DNA of 64,000 bases, taken from the NCBI GenBank assembly GCA_001805965.1, contig MHHG01000073.1, positions 18,080 through 82,079 on the forward strand, read 5' to 3'. This document shows, piece after piece, positions 56,132 through 64,000 of the stretch. The position numbers and the translations under genes were made by a program. The stretch is from Omnitrophica WOR_2 bacterium RIFOXYA2_FULL_38_17. Its GTDB lineage: Bacteria > Omnitrophota > Gorgyraeia > Zapsychrales > Zapsychraceae. The stretch's first letter is position 1. Every line of letters begins with the position of its first letter. Under the pieces are notes generated by a model. The model searched no databases and had not been told where the DNA came from. It worked only from the letters and a program-made list of their open reading frames with translations.

Positions 56132-57748
56132 TTAAGAATATAAATCTTTTAGTTGTTCTTTGATATTTGTATTGGATAAGTATTCATCATAAGTCGTGTG
56201 GGCACGATCAATATAACCTTTTGGAGCCAGCTCAATGATCCTCGTTGCTACTGTATCAACAAGAGTGTGATCATGAGACGAGAAAAGGATCGTTCCTTTG
56301 AACTTTTCCAGGCCTTTGTTCAATGCAGTGATCGATTCCAGGTCAAGGTGATTGGTAGGCTCATCTAGAATAAGAATGTTTGGTTGGGCAAGCATCATCC
56401 TGGAAAGCATACATCTGACCCTTTCACCACCCGATAGCACATTAACAGGTTTTAATGACTCTTCTCCGGTAAAAAGCATGCGTCCTAAAAATCCGCGTAT
56501 AAAATTTTCATCATTGCTTTTTGTATACTGGCTAAGCCAATCTACGATACTGTAATCAACATTAAAATACTCGGTGTTATCTTTCGGATAATAGGAAAAT
56601 CTCGTGGATGCCCCCCATTTGAATGACCCGTGATCAGCCTTAATCTTGCCTGCCAAGACTTCAAACAAAGTGGTCTTTGCTTTATCATTAGGGCCTACAA
56701 AAGCTATCTTGTCACCTTTCTCCACATTTATATTTAAATTATCGAACATGACCTGGCCTTCTATCTTTTTAGAAAGATAATCAATATGGAGGATATCGTT
56801 GCCTGCTTCACGCTCCTGCTCAAAGCCAATGTATGGATATTTTCTTGACGAAGGCTTGATATCTTCCATGGTCAATTTTTCAAGTATCTTTTTCCTGCTT
56901 GTCGCCTGCCTTGACTTAGATGCATTCGCGCTGAATCTTGCGATAAATTCTTTAAGCTCATTTTGCTTTTCTTCTATCTTCTTATTAGCCTCAGAACGCT
57001 GTCTTGATGCAAGCTGGCTTGATTCCGACCAAAAGCTGTAATTGCCTGAATATAATTTTATTTTACTATAATCAATATCCGCGATATGAGTACAAACCTT
57101 ATCGAGAAAATGGCGGTCATGAGAGACAACAATTGCAGTATTTTCAAAATTGCACAAAAACTCCTCTAGCCACATACAAGTTTCAACATCAAGATGGTTC
57201 GTAGGCTCATCTAATAAAAGAACGTCCGGATTAGCGAACAATGCCTGAGCCAGCAGGACGCGCACCTTCTGTGAAGCCTCAAGCTTGCTCATTTGAGTAT
57301 CATGAGCTGATTCAGTCAATCCAAGGTCGCTTAGAAGCTTACTTGCTTCTGACTGCGCATTCCAGCCATCCAGCTCTGTGAACTCATGTTCCAACTCTGA
57401 AACACGAATTCCGTCCTCATCATTAAAATCAGGTTTTTCATAAAGTGCATCTTTCTCACTCATGATCTTGTATAGCTTTTCATGCCCCATAATGACTGTT
57501 TGCAGGGCCGTATATTGATCAAAGGCAAATTGATCCTGCTTTAGCACAGAAATACGCTTGCCAGGAGGAACAGAAACACTGCCCGTTGTTGAATCTATTT
57601 CGCCCGAAAGGATCTTCAAGAACGTAGACTTCCCTGAACCATTAGCACCAATTAGCCCATAACAATTGCCTGTCGTAAAAACAATATTTACATTTGAAAA
57701 AAGAACCCTCTTTCCAAATTGCAATGATACATCATTTACCGAAAGCAT
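56132..57748 (-). CDS. ABC-F family ATPase (tandem ABC domains, no TMD)
   Basis: Two Walker A sites (GANGSGKST, GPNDKAKTT), two signatures (LSGGE...), Walker B LLLDEPTNHLD / LILDEPTNHLD, with an inter-domain linker. Start chosen at MLSVNDVSLQFG. The ORF track extends to 57781. Confidence 0.85.
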   Translation of the reverse strand: MLSVNDVSLQFGKRVLFSNVNIVFTTGNCYGLIGANGSGKSTFLKILSGEIDSTTGSVSVPPGKRISVLKQDQFAFDQYTALQTVIMGHEKLYKIMSEKDALYEKPDFNDEDGIRVSELEHEFTELDGWNAQSEASKLLSDLGLTESAHDTQMSKLEASQKVRVLLAQALFANPDVLLLDEPTNHLDVETCMWLEEFLCNFENTAIVVSHDRHFLDKVCTHIADIDYSKIKLYSGNYSFWSESSQLASRQRSEANKKIEEKQNELKEFIARFSANASKSRQATSRKKILEKLTMEDIKPSSRKYPYIGFEQEREAGNDILHIDYLSKKIEGQVMFDNLNINVEKGDKIAFVGPNDKAKTTLFEVLAGKIKADHGSFKWGASTRFSYYPKDNTEYFNVDYSIVDWLSQYTKSNDENFIRGFLGRMLFTGEESLKPVNVLSGGERVRCMLSRMMLAQPNILILDEPTNHLDLESITALNKGLEKFKGTILFSSHDHTLVDTVATRIIELAPKGYIDRAHTTYDEYLSNTNIKEQLKDLYS

Positions 57749-57929
57749 AAAACACCAACTCTCCTTATTAGAATTACACAAATAAAAAAATTTATACTAT
57801 TTTCTGCGATAAAATATTTATTGATTTAAGCGAACTTGAGCCCCAAAAGGCTCGTGTGAGCGTAATCAATAAATATTTTATGTGAATTAGACACAGAGCA
57901 TACACAAGACTAAGCAATTTGTAAAGCAT

Positions 57930-57962
57930 AAAAAAAGGCCAATCCTCAAACACCTGAGGATC
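57930..57962 (-). terminator. Putative terminator downstream of fcl
   Basis: On the minus strand, a 7-bp hairpin ATCCTCA-ggtgtt-TGAGGAT is followed by tggcc and a 7-nt T-run. Confidence 0.4.
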
Positions 57963-57986
57963 AACCACTTAAGAAATAGAAGTTCT

Positions 57987-60702
<2,716 letters not shown>

Positions 60703-60706
<4 letters not shown>

Positions 60707-61722
60707 GCCTTTACCCCTTTTTCACCGTAAAGTTCTTTTTCAACCAGCTTCATATCAGAATCAACCATCATCTTAACCAAGCCTTTGAAGTCAACCTTAG
60801 GCTTCCATTTAAGTATCTTTCTCGCCTTCGTACTGTCTCCCAGCAAATAATTGACTTCTGTCGGCCGAAAATATCTTTTGTCTATCTCAACATACTTATT
60901 CCAATCCAGCCCGGCATATCCAAAAGCCTCTTCTAAAAATTGACGGACAGAGTATGTCTTTCCGGTGGCAATAACAAAATCTTGTGGCTTATCTGCCTGC
61001 AGCATTAACCACATTGCCTCGACATAATCACCGGCAAATCCCCAATCCCTTTTTGCATCCAGATTTCCTAAATATAATTTTTCCTGAACCCCGTGTTTGA
61101 TCCTCGCCAATGCCATAGTGATCTTTCTTGTAACAAAGGTTTCCCCTCGCCTCGGAGATTCATGATTGAACAATATGCCGTTACAGGCAAACATATTGTA
61201 AGCCTCTCTGTAGTTTACTGTCATCCAATAAGCATATATCTTTGCTGCAGCATACGGGCTGCGCGGATAAAAAGGAGTTTTCTCGCTTTGCATTTTATCA
61301 TCGGTCATTCCATACATTTCAGAACTTGATGCCTGATAGAACTTAGTTTTGATACCTGAATCACGGATAGCTTCAAGTAACCTTGTCGTCCCAAGAGCAA
61401 CAATTTCTCCGGTGTACTCCGGAACATCAAAACTGACCCTGACATGGCTTTGCGCGCCAAGATTATAGATCTCATGAGGGCTTACTGTCTTGATGATCCT
61501 GTTCAATGAACTTGCATCATTAAGATCCCCATAAACCAGCTTAAGCCTTACATTTTTCTCATGAGGGTCCTGGTAGATATGATCAATTCTATTCGTATTG
61601 AAGGATGAAGATCTTCGAATAAGGCCATAAACCTCATAGTCCTTTTTAAGCAGGAACTCTGTCAAGTATGAACCATCCTGGCCTGTTATTCCTGTAATTA
61701 ATGCGCGTTTTCTTTTTGCCAT
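60703..61722 (-). CDS. gmd: GDP-mannose 4,6-dehydratase
   Basis: [26 protein letters not shown]-terminus, [19 protein letters not shown] (YxxxK), HESPRRG. Start at 61722. The ORF track extends upstream through a hairpin. Confidence 0.9.
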
Positions 61723-61734
61723 TATTATCTCCCA

Positions 61735-61815
61735 GGTGATTAGCAAAGCTAATCACCGATAAGGTGCTGATGTGCCAACTTAACGGCAATGGCAGTTAAG
61801 CTTATTATCAGCACC
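61735..61815 (-). promoter_or_regulatory. Highly structured leader region upstream of gmd (three nested/adjacent perfect inverted repeats)
   Basis: GGTGATTAGC-aaa-GCTAATCACC (10-bp stem) lies 5-6 nt upstream of the GGGAG RBS. Next to it is GGTGCTGAT...ATCAGCACC (9 bp), which encloses AACTTAAC-ggcaatggca-GTTAAG. There are no U-tracts. Confidence 0.4.
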
Positions 61816-61832
61816 GCGTAATTAATTGATCA

Positions 61833-63155
61833 TCATTTCGTAGTAATACTAGATATATCTCTTTTATCTTTTTCGTCTTTTATTAAAATATTACAAATTG
61901 CCATTTCAAGCGCTATCATCGACCATAAGAACATTGATAATTGAAGTGAATAAAGATCCGTATCAAAGAAACTGTGAAAAAGTAATCCGAATATTCCAGC
62001 AGCTATCCCAACACTGACTATCCTTAAGTTATTGCTACCCATCAAACGCACAGATATTGAATGAGTAATTTTTTTAAATATGCTAATAATGATCCACAAA
62101 AAACAGATCAAACCCAATAATCCGGTTTCTGCTGCTATTTGAATGTAACAGTTATGAGCATAAGTAGGATTTGCCGATGGAATCTTTCTAAATTTCTGAA
62201 ATTCATTTGCAAATGTATTTATCCCATATCCCAAAAACGGCTTATTCTTTATCATCTCAATACTTTCCTTCCAAACACCAACTCTCCATGCAACAGTATT
62301 TGCCCTATTCAATTCTTTTGAGCCAAAATTCTTTTTCATCCTTAATCCTACAAATAAACTGATTACCAGAATTGCAATAACAAACAACAAACCAACACTG
62401 ACCAACTTCTTATTTTTGATAACAGAAAATAAGACAAAGAACAAAACAGCAACCGAAGCCGCCACCCACGCACCTCGCGAATAAGTAATCAACAACGACC
62501 AACACATGCAGAAAACTATTATCATTAATAATAATCTGAATAAAAATTTCTTAGATCTCTGGAAAGCCATTGAAAGAACAACTGGAATAGCAACAACAAG
62601 ATATGCACCTAGACTGTTAGCAGTTTTAAATGCAGCAGTCGCCCTGTCGTTATTAAACGCTTCCTGTCCATTAAAAATATCCCTAAATGTAATATAATGC
62701 TGAATAAAACTGTCAATTACTGTTGAGAAAGCAGTAAATGTCAATACCCCCAGAGCAATAAAAACCTGCTTTTTATCCGTGAAAACCTCGACTATTACAA
62801 AAAATATCAGGTAAACTTCTAATGTTTTTGCAAAAAAACTAAATGCAGAGATTGCAGGAGAAACACTCCAAAGCGCAGAAAAGACACAAGCAAGTAAAAA
62901 ATAATAAATGGGCCTATTTATCCCGCTACAAATTGGTTTAAAAGCTTTAAGAAACATTAATGCCTTACAACCAAGATTCATGCCAGTCTTGTCACTTTTG
63001 ACAAAGATCAAGACCCTTTTTATCATCCAAAAGAAAAAGCAAAAACCAAAGCTGCTTTCTATCGCAGCGTTGCTGTAAGGTATCCAAAATATCAGCACGT
63101 AAAAGAAGAACCTTATCGCCACATCTAATTTTTCAATAAAATAATCTATTTTCAT
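61833..63155 (-). CDS. O-antigen ligase / polymerase family (Wzy_C domain) membrane protein
   Basis: About 12 TM helices with the periplasmic loop YAHNCYIQIAAETGLLGL (H-N-x-Y-[LI]-Q motif of Wzy_C/WaaL-type proteins). Confidence 0.7.
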   Translation of the reverse strand: MKIDYFIEKLDVAIRFFFYVLIFWIPYSNAAIESSFGFCFFFWMIKRVLIFVKSDKTGMNLGCKALMFLKAFKPICSGINRPIYYFLLACVFSALWSVSPAISAFSFFAKTLEVYLIFFVIVEVFTDKKQVFIALGVLTFTAFSTVIDSFIQHYITFRDIFNGQEAFNNDRATAAFKTANSLGAYLVVAIPVVLSMAFQRSKKFLFRLLLMIIVFCMCWSLLITYSRGAWVAASVAVLFFVLFSVIKNKKLVSVGLLFVIAILVISLFVGLRMKKNFGSKELNRANTVAWRVGVWKESIEMIKNKPFLGYGINTFANEFQKFRKIPSANPTYAHNCYIQIAAETGLLGLICFLWIIISIFKKITHSISVRLMGSNNLRIVSVGIAAGIFGLLFHSFFDTDLYSLQLSMFLWSMIALEMAICNILIKDEKDKRDISSITTK

Positions 63156-63181
63156 AAAAATAATAAATCTTAAGAAGGCTC

Positions 63182-64000
63182 TTAATAAGCACCCTTACCT
63201 TTAAGAACCACAGGTATTGTTTGTAAAAGAATATTGAAGTCCAGCCAGAATGACCAATTATTAATGTACCACATATCCCATTTAACCAGTCGGGCAAATG
63301 AAATGTCACTTCGTCCCCTGATCTGCCAAAGGCCTGTTATTCCAGGCCTGACTTCTAGCCGCATTAATTGCCTCAAATCTTCCTTCCTGATCTGCTCAAT
63401 TGGAAGCGGGCGCGGCCCAACTAGGCTCATGTCACCTTTGATCACATTAATGATCTGAGGCAGTTCATCTAAACTGTAGCGCCTTAAAATAACTCCGAGC
63501 TTTGTTATTCTGGGATCCTTTTTGATTTTGAAGATCGGCCCATCTGCTTCATTCTGATCCAAATAATCACTTAATTTTGCATCCGCATCACTTACCATGC
63601 TCCTGAATTTCAGCATATTAAACTTCTTTCCACCTCTGCCAAAACGCTTTGAGAGATAAAATACCGGACCTGGCGTATCCATTTTGATCATAACTGCCAA
63701 GAAAATAAAAACAGGCGACATCAAAAGCAACAAAATAGATGCCAAAACAAAATCAAACAGCCTTTTCCCAAACTGCCTGTGAAATCTTTCCCCGTTAGAA
63801 TATTCAAGTATCGGCACTATTCCTATATTATATTTAAAGAACTCACCGCTCATCAATTCAAAGCCCTGAGGTACAACTCGAACAGCAATCCCCATATCAT
63901 TGGCCTGCTTCAATAACTTCATAAATATTTTGCCTTCACTGTGTGTAGCAATATAGATCTTACTGACAAACTCACGCCTTGCGATCTTAACAAAATCCGC
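63182..64000 (-). CDS. Polyprenyl-phosphate sugar phosphotransferase (WbaP/bacterial sugar transferase family), 3' two-thirds only; N-terminus outside the window
   Basis: The reading frame is open to the window edge. C-terminal catalytic domain KRLFDFVLASILLLLMSPVFIFLAV...FYLSKRFGRGGKKFNMLKFRSM...PGITGLWQIRGRS matches the Bac_transf domain. Confidence 0.8.
   Translation of the reverse strand, partial: ADFVKIARREFVSKIYIATHSEGKIFMKLLKQANDMGIAVRVVPQGFELMSGEFFKYNIGIVPILEYSNGERFHRQFGKRLFDFVLASILLLLMSPVFIFLAVMIKMDTPGPVFYLSKRFGRGGKKFNMLKFRSMVSDADAKLSDYLDQNEADGPIFKIKKDPRITKLGVILRRYSLDELPQIINVIKGDMSLVGPRPLPIEQIRKEDLRQLMRLEVRPGITGLWQIRGRSDISFARLVKWDMWYINNWSFWLDFNILLQTIPVVLKGKGAY

Overview
Low-GC (~35%) bacterial chromosomal window. 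Nearly all genes are on the minus strand and most are core housekeeping genes. Reading from high to low coordinates, the minus-strand gene order is as follows. (1) A partial WbaP-like sugar transferase, a Wzy_C O-antigen ligase, gmd, a multi-TM GT-C-like membrane protein and fcl, which together form a GDP-fucose glycan locus. (2) An ABC-F ATPase and two small membrane proteins. (3) A 1179-aa secreted multidomain protein carrying a glycogen-synthase (GT5) domain. (4) pgk, tpiA, secG and oppABCDF. (5) Two tandem paralogous multi-TM plus TPR proteins. (6) glgC. (7) A 982-aa secreted paralog of the GT5 protein. (8) On the plus strand, bcd-etfB-etfA, where etfA has an N-terminal 2x[4Fe-4S] ferredoxin. 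(9) smc, a GAF-GGDEF cyclase, cvpA, a nif3-like gene, dnaG, rpoD, a tRNA with anticodon CAT, a C4 zinc-ribbon protein and rnhA. (10) rnpB (RNase P RNA), found by its conserved P4, P15 and P1 sequence blocks. (11) yebC, ruvC, ruvA, scpB, pheA, hisC, a DAHP synthase, tyrA, cmk, lepA, lepB, pgsA, plsY and lipoproteins. (12) Two tandem TMTC/PMT-like GT-C plus TPR membrane proteins; the first is truncated by the window edge. No CRISPR array, transposase, integrase or restriction system was seen. The most unusual content is the pair of paralogous giant exported proteins. They share an uncharacterised ~330-aa N-terminal domain and a ~70-aa C-terminal module, and sit next to glgC and to GT-C/TPR membrane paralogs. 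Other unusual content: 10-bp periodic inverted repeat arrays in the opp intercistronic regions, a GC-rich hairpin repeat family, an rnhA ORF tail that runs into rnpB, and structured leaders upstream of gmd and of the ABC-F gene.
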